Source: an uncultured Chloroflexia bacterium (GTDB lineage: Bacteria; Chloroflexota; Limnocylindria; Limnocylindrales; CSP1-4). From it: DNA of 64,000 nucleotides. Below, piece by piece: positions 29,125 to 40,181 of this stretch. Under the pieces are notes generated by a model, which was not told the DNA's origin, made no database searches, and was given only the letters and a program-made list of their open reading frames with translations. The stretch lies in NCBI GenBank assembly GCA_963720755.1, contig CAVRGP010000008.1:40721-104720 (forward strand). The letters are read 5' to 3'. Both the position numbers and the translations under genes were made by a program. Numbering within the stretch: the first letter of the stretch is position 1; the number at the start of each line of letters is the position of its first letter.

Positions 29125-30705
29125 CTAGAGGAGCTCGCCGTGCGCCGAGCCGGTTGGCTCGCCGTCTCGCGGTCGCGGCTCTTCGCCAGGGCCGTACTCC
29201 TCGGGTTCGGGCCGCGACCCATCGGTCGGGGCACCTGCCTCGAGGACGGGCAGCGATGCCGACGCCGTCCCCTCGATCGCGCCCACGCCGTACGGCACCC
29301 ACTTGGACGGGTCCTGGAGGCGATGAGCCTCCTCGTTGCCGCGTGTGTGGATCTCGGCAAAACCCTTGGGCTCGATCCACATGCGCTCGCCCTCGAGCAG
29401 ACCGAGGACGCCCGACTGACCCGGTTCCGGCCGGCCCTGCTGGCAATAGGCACACGCCCGCTGATCGTGTTTCTGGTACGTGTCGGGCTCTTCGTAGGTC
29501 GTGATGTAGCCCTCGTAGTTGCGGAGCACGACCTTGTGGTCCGAGTAGCTGATCAGGTAGTTGGGCATGATCGGGATCTTGCCGCCACCGCCGGGCGCAT
29601 CGATGACGTATGTCGGGACGGCGTAGCCCGACGTGTGGCCGCGCAAGCCCTCCATGATCTCGAGCCCCTTGCCGACCGGCGTTCGGAAATGGCCAGAACC
29701 TTCGACCAGATCGCACTGGTAGAGGTAGTACGGCCGGATCCGGTTGGCCACGAGCTTGTGGACGAGCGCTCGCTGGATATGGACGCAATCGTTGACGCCG
29801 GCGAGCAGCACGCTCTGGTTGCCGATCGGGAGGCCCGCCCGGGCCAGCTTGTCGACCCCTCGACTCACTTCAGGCGTGATCTCGTTCGGGTGGTTGAAGT
29901 GGAGATTGATCCAGAGCGGGTGATACTTCTCGAGCATCTCGCACAGCTCGTCGTCGATCCGCTGGGGCAGGAAGACGGGGACCCGCGACCCGATCCGGAT
30001 GATCTCGATGTGCGGGATCTCACGCAACCCACGAAGGATCGACTCGAACAGCTTCGGCGCCAGGGTCAACCCGTCGCCGCCGGAGATCAGGACGTCCCGG
30101 ACCTGCGGCGTGCGGCGCAGGTACTCGAGCTGGGCCTCGTGGTCGCGCCGATTGAAGTTCTGGGTCGCGTCGCCGACGATCCGGCTGCGCGTGCAATACC
30201 GGCAGTAGCTTGCGCACTGGGTCGTCACGAGCATCAGGACGCGATCCGGATAACGGTGGACGAGACCAGGGACCGGCGAGTGCCGGTCCTCGGCGAGCGA
30301 GTCCTCCATCATCCCGGTGAAGGCGCTCTGCTCGCCGGCGGTCGGGATGACCTGGCGACGGATCGGGTCGTTGGGATCCTTCGGGTCGATCAGGCTGATG
30401 AAATACGGGGTGATGTCGACCCGGAACTTGTCCGGCGTCGACAGGCCCTCGCGTTCCTCGTCGGTCAGCTCCAGGATCTGTTCGATCTCGGCCAGGTCGT
30501 TGACCCGGTTGCTCAGCTGCCAGCGCCAGTCATTCCACTTCTCATCCGGGACGTCCTCCCAGATCGGCGCTCGGCGACTGACGGCCGGAGCGCCCGTGGG
30601 GCCGAGCGCCTTCGCTGGATCGGCAAGGTTCACGAAGGGCGCCTCCGATGCGCTGCGAGCGGCATCCTGGTGCGCCACCGCGGTCTTGATCTCCTGGGCA
30701 TCCAC
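29125..30705 (-). CDS. kamA: Lysine 2,3-aminomutase (radical SAM/PLP)
   Basis: HRYPDRV, CASYCRYC, SGGD, HFNHP, APGGGGK, LRNYEG. Confidence 0.92.
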   Translation of the reverse strand: MDAQEIKTAVAHQDAARSASEAPFVNLADPAKALGPTGAPAVSRRAPIWEDVPDEKWNDWRWQLSNRVNDLAEIEQILELTDEEREGLSTPDKFRVDITPYFISLIDPKDPNDPIRRQVIPTAGEQSAFTGMMEDSLAEDRHSPVPGLVHRYPDRVLMLVTTQCASYCRYCTRSRIVGDATQNFNRRDHEAQLEYLRRTPQVRDVLISGGDGLTLAPKLFESILRGLREIPHIEIIRIGSRVPVFLPQRIDDELCEMLEKYHPLWINLHFNHPNEITPEVSRGVDKLARAGLPIGNQSVLLAGVNDCVHIQRALVHKLVANRIRPYYLYQCDLVEGSGHFRTPVGKGLEIMEGLRGHTSGYAVPTYVIDAPGGGGKIPIMPNYLISYSDHKVVLRNYEGYITTYEEPDTYQKHDQRACAYCQQGRPEPGQSGVLGLLEGERMWIEPKGFAEIHTRGNEEAHRLQDPSKWVPYGVGAIEGTASASLPVLEAGAPTDGSRPEPEEYGPGEEPRPRDGEPTGSAHGELL

Positions 30706-30759
30706 GCGGTCCGGCCTCCGGGTTCATCGTCACGTCCTGGTTCTGGCCCGGTCCATGAC

Positions 30760-30783
30760 GCATAAAGTCTATGCAGTATGCAA
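30760..30783. promoter_or_regulatory. Putative operator upstream of kamA
   Basis: AT-rich GCATA-aagtc-TATGC inverted repeat plus a repeated TATGCA. Confidence 0.5.
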
Positions 30784-30916
30784 GTCCCGGGATGATAGCG
30801 CGATGGTCGGGGCCGGTCCAGCGGAGGATCCCGGGCCGGCCGCCGGGGCTGCGCGTTCCGGGAACGGAACCCGACGTATCGATGACGATCGGCAACCGTG
30901 CGCGGAGCCGGTTTGG

Positions 30917-31237
30917 CTATTCCCCGATCACCGACCAGAGGAAGCCCATCATGATGAAGAAGCCGCTGAACAGGGCGATCAGCCCCAGTCCGCCGTAGAT
31001 CGAGTTGGCCCCGGTGTGGGGGACCAGCTGCAGGCCGACTCCGAACACGATGGCCCAACCGATGAACAGGAACGTGAACAGGAACTTCGCGTTCGGGCTG
31101 GTGATCCGGCGGACCCAGCTCGAGCCACCTTCGGCCGCCATGGCGGACCGCAGCACGATGCCGAGCATCAGGACGACGATGAGGATCGAGATCCCGAAGG
31201 GGATGGGCTGCTGGAACGCGACCAGGAAGAGCTGCAC
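30917..31237 (-). CDS. Small membrane protein
   Basis: Three TM segments. Confidence 0.75.
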   Translation of the reverse strand: MQLFLVAFQQPIPFGISILIVVLMLGIVLRSAMAAEGGSSWVRRITSPNAKFLFTFLFIGWAIVFGVGLQLVPHTGANSIYGGLGLIALFSGFFIMMGFLWSVIGE

Positions 31238-31335
31238 GGGCCGATGCTAGCAGATGGGTCGGGGCTCCGAAACACGTTCGCGAGTACGATGTCGCCGCCC
31301 GCCATCCGATCCGCTGACCAAGGCGAACCTGTGCT

Positions 31336-33609
31336 GTGAACCCCTTCGACCGACTCGGGCGATTCGTCGCGCGCCGCGCCTGGTGGGTGGTGGCCGTCTG
31401 GGTCGTCCTCCTGCTGGTCGCGATCCCGTTCGCGCCACAGCTGCCGGGCAAGTTGAGTGCCGGCGGGTTCATCCTCGACGACCTCGAATCGGCCCGGGCC
31501 AAGACCCTCCTCGAGAACGAGCTGGGGGCCCCTCCGTCGGCGCTGGTGATCGTCTTCTCGAGCTCGACGCTCACGGCGGGAAGCCCGGCCTTCGAACTCG
31601 CCGCAGCTTCGGCGATCCGCGACGTCGCGACCGCACCGCACGTCGTGCGGGTCATGTCGCACACGCTGGCACCGAGCCAGGTCTCGGCCGACGGCCACAC
31701 CGCCTACGACATCGTCTTCCTCGACCTGGCCCCGGATGATTCGCCGGCGGCCCTGCCCATCCTGCGCGAGCGACTCCACGACGCTCCGGGGATCGATGTC
31801 GCGCTCGCCGGCGGGCCGGCCTTCTACGGCGATGTCCAGACCGTGTCCGAATCCGACCTTCGCCGGAGCGAAGCCATCTCGTTGCCGCTGGCGGCCATCG
31901 CCCTGGTCTTCGTCTTCGGTTCACTCGTCGCGGCCGGCGTGCCACTCGTGGTCGGTGGTTCCGCCGTGATCGTGGCCCTGGCCGGCATCTTCGTCGTCGC
32001 ATCGCTGACGCCGATGAGCATCTTCGTGCTCAACCTCGCCACCCTCCTCGGTCTCGGTCTCGGGGTGGACTATTCGCTGCTGATGACCAGCCGGTTCCGG
32101 GAGGAGCTGGCTCGCCAGCCCGATGGACCCGAACGGGTCGGCGAAGCGGTTCGGATCACCGTTGCGACCGCCGGCCGAGCCGTCTTCTTCAGTGGCCTGA
32201 CCGTGCTGCTCGGGTTGCTCGGACTGGTCCTGTTCGAGTTCATGATCCTTCGCTCGGTCGGCATCGCCGGGGCGATCGTGGTCGGTCTCGCGGTCGCCTC
32301 CGCGCTGACCCTCCTGCCGGCCGTCCTGATGATCCTTGGCAGCCGGGTGGATCGGTTCGCGATCCGGACGGTGTCGGGCGTCGCGAGCGCCGACGGGGCG
32401 TGGTCGAGGCTCGCCCGGCGGGTCATGCGCCATCCCGTCGCGGTCCTGGTGCCGACCCTCGCCTTCCTGTTGTTGCTCGGCTCTCCGTTCCTGCACGTCC
32501 GGTTCAATGCGCCCGATGCCTCGATCCTTCCGCCCTCGGTGCCGTCGCGTGCGGCCTTCGACCGGCTGGTGGCGAACTTCGGTGAGGGCGAATTCGCCCC
32601 GATCGTCATCGCCGTCCGAACGACGGGCGAAGCCACCACGCCCGCCAACCTGGCCGCCCTGTACGACTACTCGCGGCGCCTCGCGGCCGACCCGCGGATC
32701 CGGCACGTGGACAGCGTCGTCGACGTCGACCCGCGTCTGACCCTGGCCCAGTACAGCCTCCTGTACGGCGACCCGAACGGGCCGCGTGACCGGTACGTGC
32801 AGACTGCCCTGGCGGCGACGACCCGGGGCGATCTCACCGCGTTCACGATCTACACCCCGTACGGCCCGAACCGCGACGAAGGCCGCTCCCTGGTCGCCGA
32901 CCTTCGCGGCGCTGACAGCGCACTCGCCCCACCGGCCGGGGCGACGATCCTCGTCGGCGGTGGTGCGGCGGATGTCGCCGATGTGGTCGATCGGGTCCGG
33001 GCCGACTTCCCACGAACAGCCCTGTTCATCATCGTCTCGACCTACCTCGTGCTGTTCGTGCTGCTCCGCTCCGCCGTCCTGCCGGCCAAGGCGCTGGTCA
33101 TGAACACGCTGTCGATCGTGGCCAGCTTCGGTGCCCTCGTCTGGATCTTCCAGGACGGCAACCTGTCGGCACTGCTCGGCTTCCAGCCACTCGGGTTCGT
33201 CGAGACGACCCAGCCGGTCATCCTGTTCTGTGTCCTGTTCGGCCTGTCGATGGACTACGAGGTCTTCCTGCTGTCCCGCATGAAGGAGGTCTGGGACCGG
33301 ACCGGGGACAACATCGAGGCGGTCGCCGGCGGCATGGAGCGGAGCGGCAGGATCGTGACCTCGGCCGCCCTCATCGTGGTCGTCGTGGCGGGTTCATTCG
33401 CGTTCGCCGACATCGTCCTGATCAAGGCACTCGGGATCGGAATGGCCATCGCGGTCGCGCTCGACGCGACGGTCGTCCGGGCCCTCCTCGTCCCGGCCAC
33501 GATGCGGCTGCTCGGTCGCTGGAACTGGTGGATGCCAGCGTCGCTCGAACGGATGATGGCCGGGCGCCTCCCGGCGTCCGAGGCGGATATCGAGGCGGGC
33601 ATCCGATGA
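31336..33609 (+). CDS. MMPL/RND family transporter
   Basis: GLGVDYSL, RFREEL, FGLSMDYEVFL, DATVVR. Confidence 0.95.
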   Translation: MNPFDRLGRFVARRAWWVVAVWVVLLLVAIPFAPQLPGKLSAGGFILDDLESARAKTLLENELGAPPSALVIVFSSSTLTAGSPAFELAAASAIRDVATAPHVVRVMSHTLAPSQVSADGHTAYDIVFLDLAPDDSPAALPILRERLHDAPGIDVALAGGPAFYGDVQTVSESDLRRSEAISLPLAAIALVFVFGSLVAAGVPLVVGGSAVIVALAGIFVVASLTPMSIFVLNLATLLGLGLGVDYSLLMTSRFREELARQPDGPERVGEAVRITVATAGRAVFFSGLTVLLGLLGLVLFEFMILRSVGIAGAIVVGLAVASALTLLPAVLMILGSRVDRFAIRTVSGVASADGAWSRLARRVMRHPVAVLVPTLAFLLLLGSPFLHVRFNAPDASILPPSVPSRAAFDRLVANFGEGEFAPIVIAVRTTGEATTPANLAALYDYSRRLAADPRIRHVDSVVDVDPRLTLAQYSLLYGDPNGPRDRYVQTALAATTRGDLTAFTIYTPYGPNRDEGRSLVADLRGADSALAPPAGATILVGGGAADVADVVDRVRADFPRTALFIIVSTYLVLFVLLRSAVLPAKALVMNTLSIVASFGALVWIFQDGNLSALLGFQPLGFVETTQPVILFCVLFGLSMDYEVFLLSRMKEVWDRTGDNIEAVAGGMERSGRIVTSAALIVVVVAGSFAFADIVLIKALGIGMAIAVALDATVVRALLVPATMRLLGRWNWWMPASLERMMAGRLPASEADIEAGIR

Positions 33610-34814
33610 GCCGGTCGAGTGGACTCGGATCCATCGGCCGCGCCATGGTCGCGCTGATGGTGGCGCTGACGGTCGCCGGGTGCTCGGGCGGCATGGCCGG
33701 CGCCGGGCCGATCCTGGCGAACCCCACGCCTGCCCGTCCGTCCGTCCCGCCCGCCTCGCCGGTCCCGGCCGCGGTGGCCGACCCGATCCCGATCGTCCTC
33801 CCCCGTGACGACGGGCCGCACACCCGTCTGACCGAGTGGTGGTACTACACCGGCCACCTCCGGGCCGACGACGGTCGACGCTACGGGTTCGAGTACGTCA
33901 TCTTCCGGGCGGAGCGCGGCCGCTTCCCGACGTCGTGGGTCTCGCACCTCGCGATCACCGATGAAGGCGGCGACCAATTCCTGTACAGCCAGCGACTCGA
34001 TATCGGGCCTCAGGTGGACAGGTCACCGCGAGATCCTGCCGGCGTCCCGACCGGTTTCGCTCTCGCCCTGACCGGGGCCGACCCGTCCCAGCCGGACACC
34101 TTCGGACGGCCCGCCTGGACCATGACCGGGAGCGGCGGTTCGGATCACCTCGCGGCCGCACTCACCTCGGCCGAGGCAACGGCCAGCGGCAGCCCGGGCG
34201 GGATGGGCCTGGATCTGACGCTCCAGGCAACGAAGCCGGCGGCCCTGCACGAGCGCGACGGCTGGATCGACTTCGGCCCGGCGGGTGGCTCGTACTACTA
34301 CTCGCGGACAGCCATGACCGCCGCCGGATCACTGACCCTCGACGGACGAACATTCGCCGTGGACGGCTCCGCCTGGTTCGACCACCAGTGGGGCGATTTC
34401 ATCTCGGTCGGAGGCGGTGGCTGGGATTGGTTCGCCGTCAACCTGGCCGACGGCACCGATCTGACCTTGTCGCTCGTCCGCGACGTCGACGGGACGTATC
34501 CACTCGTGTACGGGACGATCGTGGCGGCCGACGGCACCGTGCGACATCTCGATCGTGATGCCTTCTCGGTCGTCGTGACCGCTCAGTGGACGAGTCCCGC
34601 GACCGGCGCCACGTATCCGGCTGGCTGGGCGATCGCGATCCCGGACGAGTCCCTGACGATCGATCTCCGCCCGACGGTACAGGCTCAGGAGCTGGACACC
34701 CGGGCGACGACCGGGGTCGTGTACTGGGAAGGGTCGCAGGTCGTCTCGGCCCGGCGGCAAGGACGATCCCTTTCCGGACGGGCCTACGTCGAACTGACTG
34801 GATACGCTCCCTGA
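33606..34814 (+). CDS. Lipocalin-like CrtC/AttH family lipoprotein
   Basis: Lipobox VAGC; TEWWYYTG, SYYYS, AWFDHQW, GWDWF, YWEG, YVELTGY. Confidence 0.88.
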   Translation: MSRSSGLGSIGRAMVALMVALTVAGCSGGMAGAGPILANPTPARPSVPPASPVPAAVADPIPIVLPRDDGPHTRLTEWWYYTGHLRADDGRRYGFEYVIFRAERGRFPTSWVSHLAITDEGGDQFLYSQRLDIGPQVDRSPRDPAGVPTGFALALTGADPSQPDTFGRPAWTMTGSGGSDHLAAALTSAEATASGSPGGMGLDLTLQATKPAALHERDGWIDFGPAGGSYYYSRTAMTAAGSLTLDGRTFAVDGSAWFDHQWGDFISVGGGGWDWFAVNLADGTDLTLSLVRDVDGTYPLVYGTIVAADGTVRHLDRDAFSVVVTAQWTSPATGATYPAGWAIAIPDESLTIDLRPTVQAQELDTRATTGVVYWEGSQVVSARRQGRSLSGRAYVELTGYAP

Positions 34815-34820
34815 CGTTCC

Positions 34821-34853
34821 CCCGTCAGGGCTCGAACGCCCGTCAGGGCTCGA
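34821..34853. repeat. 15-bp direct repeat, two copies with 18-bp period, at a convergent gene junction
   Basis: CCCGTCAGGGCTCGA-acg-CCCGTCAGGGCTCGA. Confidence 0.8.
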
Positions 34854-35616
34854 GCGAGGGCAGATCGAGACCGACTGTCGCGGCCAGCGTTCGGGAACTG
34901 GCGTCGACCGTATCGAGACCGGCCGTGACGGCCAGCATCGCCTTGGCGGTCGAGCGATACGCGGACAGGTCGGCGAGCGAGGCGTGGAGGCCGTCCCGGG
35001 CTGTGGTGGCCATCGACGAGTAGAAGTCATCGAGGCCTGCCCGCACGGATGTCGCCGCCGTCCAGGGCGCCATCCGGCTGGTCAGGTCCATCCCTGCCGC
35101 GGCATCGGCCGCCAGGGTCCGGAGCGCCTTGGCCAGGTCGTTCGCGCTGCCGTCCTGGCTCTCGAGCGTCGTTCGCAGGGTCACCGCATCCGCCGCGATC
35201 CGGCTGTTGATCACGATCGTGCCACTCAAGGCCGCCGCCGCGGCCGGTGGGACTCCCGGCGTGACGGGATTCGTGGCCGGCGGGACGACCGCGATGGGCG
35301 CTTCGGACGGTGCGACGATCGCCGGTGCCTCGATGGCGGCGATCGCCGGCTCCGGGTGCAGGGTCACGGCGATGAATGACGCCATGCCGGCCCCACCGAG
35401 GAAGGCGCCGAACACCAACCCCAGGGCGACCAGGCCGATCGCTCGGCGGACGAGCACGCCCATGATGAGGCGGCTGCCGCAACCGGGGCACCGGGACGTG
35501 CCGTCGTTCAAGGGTCTGGTGCACGCTGGACAGCTGAAGACGTGCGCGTCGGCATCGCCGATCGCAGGACCCTGATCGTCCCGCCCGGCCTTCCGCCCGA
35601 ACACGCTCGAGAGCAT
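34843..35616 (-). CDS. Zinc-ribbon single-pass membrane protein
   Basis: CPAC...CPGC, one TM, Pro/Ala linker, helical C-terminal domain. Confidence 0.7.
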   Translation of the reverse strand: MLSSVFGRKAGRDDQGPAIGDADAHVFSCPACTRPLNDGTSRCPGCGSRLIMGVLVRRAIGLVALGLVFGAFLGGAGMASFIAVTLHPEPAIAAIEAPAIVAPSEAPIAVVPPATNPVTPGVPPAAAAALSGTIVINSRIAADAVTLRTTLESQDGSANDLAKALRTLAADAAAGMDLTSRMAPWTAATSVRAGLDDFYSSMATTARDGLHASLADLSAYRSTAKAMLAVTAGLDTVDASSRTLAATVGLDLPSLEP

Positions 35617-35758
35617 CTGGTCGCCTCACTCCAGCCGTCGATGGCCGCCTGCGCGTCCCTCCGGAGACGCCCTGGCCGTGAGCGAAGTGTCCCCCGGCGG
35701 GACGCCGATGCACCCGGGTCGGTGGTCCGGGTGGCGGCAGGGTACGTTCGGCCCTAAC

Positions 35759-35773
35759 TGAGACTGTGTCTCA
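35759..35773. promoter_or_regulatory. Putative Zur/Fur-family box
   Basis: TGAGAC-tgt-GTCTCA palindrome directly upstream of the zur-znu operon. Confidence 0.7.
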
Positions 35774-35794
35774 TTCATGTGGTAGAGTCGAGTC

Positions 35795-36253
35795 ATGACC
35801 GATGCCGCGACGATCGTGACCACGCTCGACCGAGCCGGGTACCGCCTGACCGAGCCTCGGCGGTCGTTGGCCGTCCTCATCGCGAACCAGGAGGGCCACT
35901 TCACGGCCGCCGATCTGGTCGGTGCGGCCCGCGAGCGACGTCTCGGCGTCGGCCGGGCGACCGTCTTCCGAACACTCGAAGTCCTCGAGGGTCTCGGTGC
36001 CGTCGAGCGCCTCGACCTGCCGTCCGGAGAACACGCCTACGTCGGCTGTGACCCCACCCACCACCATCATGTCGTGTGCTCCAGCTGCGGCCGAACGGAC
36101 AGGATCGAGGACGCCGGACTGCGGACCGTGGTCGACGACGTCGCCCGACGGACCGGATACAGGGTCGACGGCCATCGCCTGGAGCTCTTCGGCCTGTGCC
36201 CGACCTGTATGGCCGCCACCGCGGACCCGGCTCGGGACCAACAGGACGCCTAG
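35795..36253 (+). CDS. zur: Fur-family regulator, Zur-like
   Basis: ATVFRTL, HHHHVVCSSC, GLCPTC; heads the Zn ABC operon. Confidence 0.85.
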   Translation: MTDAATIVTTLDRAGYRLTEPRRSLAVLIANQEGHFTAADLVGAARERRLGVGRATVFRTLEVLEGLGAVERLDLPSGEHAYVGCDPTHHHHVVCSSCGRTDRIEDAGLRTVVDDVARRTGYRVDGHRLELFGLCPTCMAATADPARDQQDA

Positions 36254-36255
36254 CC

Positions 36256-37178
36256 GTGCGACGGACCGACCACCTCCACGCGATCCGCCCGATCGGGGCG
36301 CTCCTGGGGCTCGTCCTGTTCGCCAACCTCACGGCAGGATGTGGTTCGGCTACGGCCTCGGACCCGGCGAGTTCATCGGCGGTCCAAGTCGTGGCGACGA
36401 CCACCGTCTTCGCGGACATCGTGCGGAACGTCGGCGGGGACCGGGTCCATGTCACCTCGATCGTGCCCGCCGGGGCCGGCCCGGAGGACTACGAGCCCAA
36501 GCCGAACGACGCCCGGATGCTCGCCGGGGCCGATCTCATCGTGTCCAATGGCGTCGGCCTGGATGACTTCCTCGATCGGCTGGTCACCGCGGCGGACGAC
36601 GGCGCCACCCCACACCTCGTCCTCGGCGAGGGGATCCCGACGATCGATGTCAACGGGGAACCCAACCCGCACTTCTGGCTGGATCCAGGTCTCGTCGTGG
36701 ATCACTACCTGCCGGCGATCGCCGCGAGTCTCAGCGCCGTCGATCCGGCAGGCGCAGCGACATATGCGGCCAACCGCGACGCCTACGCGGCGCAGATCGG
36801 GGCGATGGACACCGATGCCATGACGAAGATCGCCACGATCCCCGTCCAGAGCCGAAAGCTCGTCACGTTCCATGACGCGTTCCCCTACTTCGCCAAGCAC
36901 TACGGGTTCGAGGTCGTCGGCGTGATCCTCGCGAACGTCGGCCAGGAGCCCAGTTCGTCCGATCTCGCCGCGTTGGTCAACACGGTCAAGGCGGCTGGGG
37001 TGAAGGCGGTCTTCTCCGAAGCGCAGTTCAGCCCGAAGCTCGCGGCCACGCTGGCGGCCGAGGCAGGGGTCTCCAAGGTCGTGACGACGCTCTATACGGA
37101 CAGCGTCGGGCCCGCACCGCAGGACACCTATCTGGCGGCCATGCGCTGGAACGTCGACCAGGTCGTCGGCGCGCTCCG

Positions 37179-37182
<4 letters not shown>
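36256..37182 (+). CDS. znuA: Zn/Mn ABC transporter substrate-binding lipoprotein
   Basis: Lipobox TAGC; NPHFWLDP, FHDAFPYF; first His ligand apparently replaced (GPEDYEP). Confidence 0.88.
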
Positions 37183-37994
<812 letters not shown>

Positions 37995-37996
37995 CG

Positions 37997-38878
37997 ATGG
38001 TGGACGTCATCCTCGATCCGCTCGCCTTCGGGTTCATGCAGCGAGGCCTGGTCGCGGCCATCCTGGTCGGGATCGTGTGCGCGGTCATGGGCGCGTTCGT
38101 CGTGCTCCGCGGTCTCGCCTTCATCGGCGATGCCGTGAGCCATGCCGCCTTCCCTGGCCTGGTCATCGCCTACATGGTCGGTCTGCCGCTCTACCTGGGT
38201 GGCGCCATCGCCGCGATCGGGACCGCGCTGGCCATCGGCGCCGTCGCCCGACGAGGCGCCCTCCAATTCGATACGGCGGTCGGTGTCCTGTTCGCCGGCA
38301 TGTTCGCGCTGGGCATCCTGTTATTCAGCACCATCGACAACTACGTCGCCGACCTGTTCGGCTACCTGCTGGGCAACGTGCTCGGGATCACGACCACGGA
38401 CATCCTCCAGATCGCGATCCTCGGTGGGCTGGTCCTGGTCATCGTCGCGGTCCTGCGCAAGGAACTGCTGTTCGCCTCGTTCGATCCGGCCGGAGCGGCG
38501 GCTTCCGGGCTCCCCGTCGAGCGGCTCGACTACCTGCTCCTCGGACTCATCGGCGCGACGATCGTGGTGAGCATCCAGGCGGTGGGGATCATCATGGTCG
38601 TGGCCATGCTGGTCACGCCGGCCGCGACGGGCCAGCTCCTGGTGCGGCAATTCTGGGACCTCGTTCGGGTCGCCATCGCCGTCGCGATCGTGTCCTCGAT
38701 CAGCGGCCTGTACCTGAGCTTCTACTTCAACGTCGCCTCGGGCGCCTCGATCGTCCTGGTCGAGACCCTGCTCTTCTCGCTGGCATTGCTCCTGTCCCCG
38801 AGCTCCGGACTGTTGGCCAACCAGCTCCGGCGACGGGCAGCCCGGAAGTCGCCGACGGGATCGCCTACCAGCCACTGA
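37997..38878 (+). CDS. znuB: Zn/Mn ABC transporter permease
   Basis: GDAVSHAAFPG, YLLGNVLG, SFDP. Confidence 0.9.
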   Translation: MVDVILDPLAFGFMQRGLVAAILVGIVCAVMGAFVVLRGLAFIGDAVSHAAFPGLVIAYMVGLPLYLGGAIAAIGTALAIGAVARRGALQFDTAVGVLFAGMFALGILLFSTIDNYVADLFGYLLGNVLGITTTDILQIAILGGLVLVIVAVLRKELLFASFDPAGAAASGLPVERLDYLLLGLIGATIVVSIQAVGIIMVVAMLVTPAATGQLLVRQFWDLVRVAIAVAIVSSISGLYLSFYFNVASGASIVLVETLLFSLALLLSPSSGLLANQLRRRAARKSPTGSPTSH

Positions 38879-38881
38879 GGC

Positions 38882-38907
38882 GAAACCTTTTCGGCGCGGG
38901 CGGACTC
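38882..38907 (+). promoter_or_regulatory. Putative ECF sigma promoter of the flavinylation cluster
   Basis: GAAACCTTTT...GACTC, an AAC-type -35 element. Confidence 0.35.
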
Positions 38908-38964
38908 AGGGAAGTACGGCTCGAGACGATCGAGACCGGCCAGCTCGAGTTCCGGGAGTCCGCC

Positions 38965-39708
38965 TTGGCCATCGAACCCGCCGTCGCGCCACCAACCGTC
39001 CGAACGAGGGCGGTCGTGCCCCGAACCCAGCCACCCTTCCGGCTGTCGGGTCGAGCGACCGTGATCCTGGCCGCGATCATCGGCCTGATCCTGATCTACG
39101 CGACGGACCAGGTCGCGCCGGCGACGTCGGACCGCCAGGCACAGCTACGGATCTGGCTGGCCGCCCGTGCGACCGGGATCGTGACCCTGTTCCTGTTGAC
39201 CCTCCAGATCTGCATCGGCCTGGTGCTGTCCCATCCGACCAATAAGTCGACCTGGCGCCTGTCCAAGACCATCTACCCGTGGCATGTCCACGTGTGGGTC
39301 TTCGTCATCGCCTTCCTGGCCGTCCACATCGTGAGCATCATCCTCGACCCGTACGCGGGGGTCGGGGTCGCGGGCTCGTTCATCCCGGGCTTGTCCGAAT
39401 ACCGGTCGATGCCGGTGGCCCTGGGCACGCTCGCCTTGTACGCATTCCTGATCACGGCGGTCACGGCCCGCTTCACGAAGCTGCTTCCCGCCGGCGTCTG
39501 GCTGTCGATCCATCGACTGTCACTCGTCGTGTTCATCCTCGCCTGGGTCCACGGGATCCTGTCGGGGACCGATTCAGAGGCGCTTCGCGCCGTCTACATC
39601 GCGACCGGCCTGGCCGTCGTGATGGCCGGCGCCTACCGCTATTGGGCATCTCGACAAGGCCGCCCGACGTTCCAGACAAGTCGCTCGCCATCCAACACGG
39701 AGGTATGA
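38965..39708 (+). CDS. Ferric reductase-like (MsrQ-like) transmembrane cytochrome b
   Basis: ARATG, WHVH, VHIV, IHRLS, VHGILSGTDS (four candidate haem His); start uncertain (TTG 38965). Confidence 0.85.
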   Translation: MAIEPAVAPPTVRTRAVVPRTQPPFRLSGRATVILAAIIGLILIYATDQVAPATSDRQAQLRIWLAARATGIVTLFLLTLQICIGLVLSHPTNKSTWRLSKTIYPWHVHVWVFVIAFLAVHIVSIILDPYAGVGVAGSFIPGLSEYRSMPVALGTLALYAFLITAVTARFTKLLPAGVWLSIHRLSLVVFILAWVHGILSGTDSEALRAVYIATGLAVVMAGAYRYWASRQGRPTFQTSRSPSNTEV

Positions 39709-39713
39709 ACCCG

Positions 39714-40181
39714 ATGAACATCAGCTCGCTCCGGATCCGGCGCACCCTGACCCTGGGGGGCACCCTGGCCGCCCTCGTCCTGGGGTTCGTGGTCATCCAG
39801 TCCGCGGCCGCATGGGCCGTCGATGCCGCACCGCTGAACGCGGCGCCAGTTTCGGCGACGTCCATCGAGAACAAGCTGGTCGACGAGCAGGCGCGCTCCG
39901 CCGACCTCCAGTCGCAGCTCTGGGCGATCACCAGCAACGCCGACCAGCTGTCGGCCGCGCTCGAGGCCGCTCAGACCCAGATCGCCACCGATGCCGACCA
40001 GGCGACCATGCTCCAGAAGGACCTCAAGGATGCAAAGGCAAAGCTCGCGGCGCTCCAGAAGTCGATCCGCCAGGCGCGAACGACCACGGTCGTGACGAAG
40101 ACCGTCCGGACGACCGCCGCGGCACCGGCCACCGCAGCCCCGCACGGTGACGACGACGGCGGCGAGCGCGGCGATGACTGA
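39714..40181 (+). CDS. Exported coiled-coil protein with Thr-rich/acidic tail
   Basis: GGAGG RBS, N-terminal hydrophobic segment, heptad region, TTTVVTKTVRTT...HGDDDGGERGDD. Confidence 0.75.
   Translation: MNISSLRIRRTLTLGGTLAALVLGFVVIQSAAAWAVDAAPLNAAPVSATSIENKLVDEQARSADLQSQLWAITSNADQLSAALEAAQTQIATDADQATMLQKDLKDAKAKLAALQKSIRQARTTTVVTKTVRTTAAAPATAAPHGDDDGGERGDD

Noticed and set aside
30706-30916. Lysine riboswitch ahead of kamA
   Set aside because: No L-box consensus recognisable
34821-34853. Direct repeat as an insertion target-site duplication
   Set aside because: Only 3 bp lie between the copies; it looks like a local slippage duplication at a gene end
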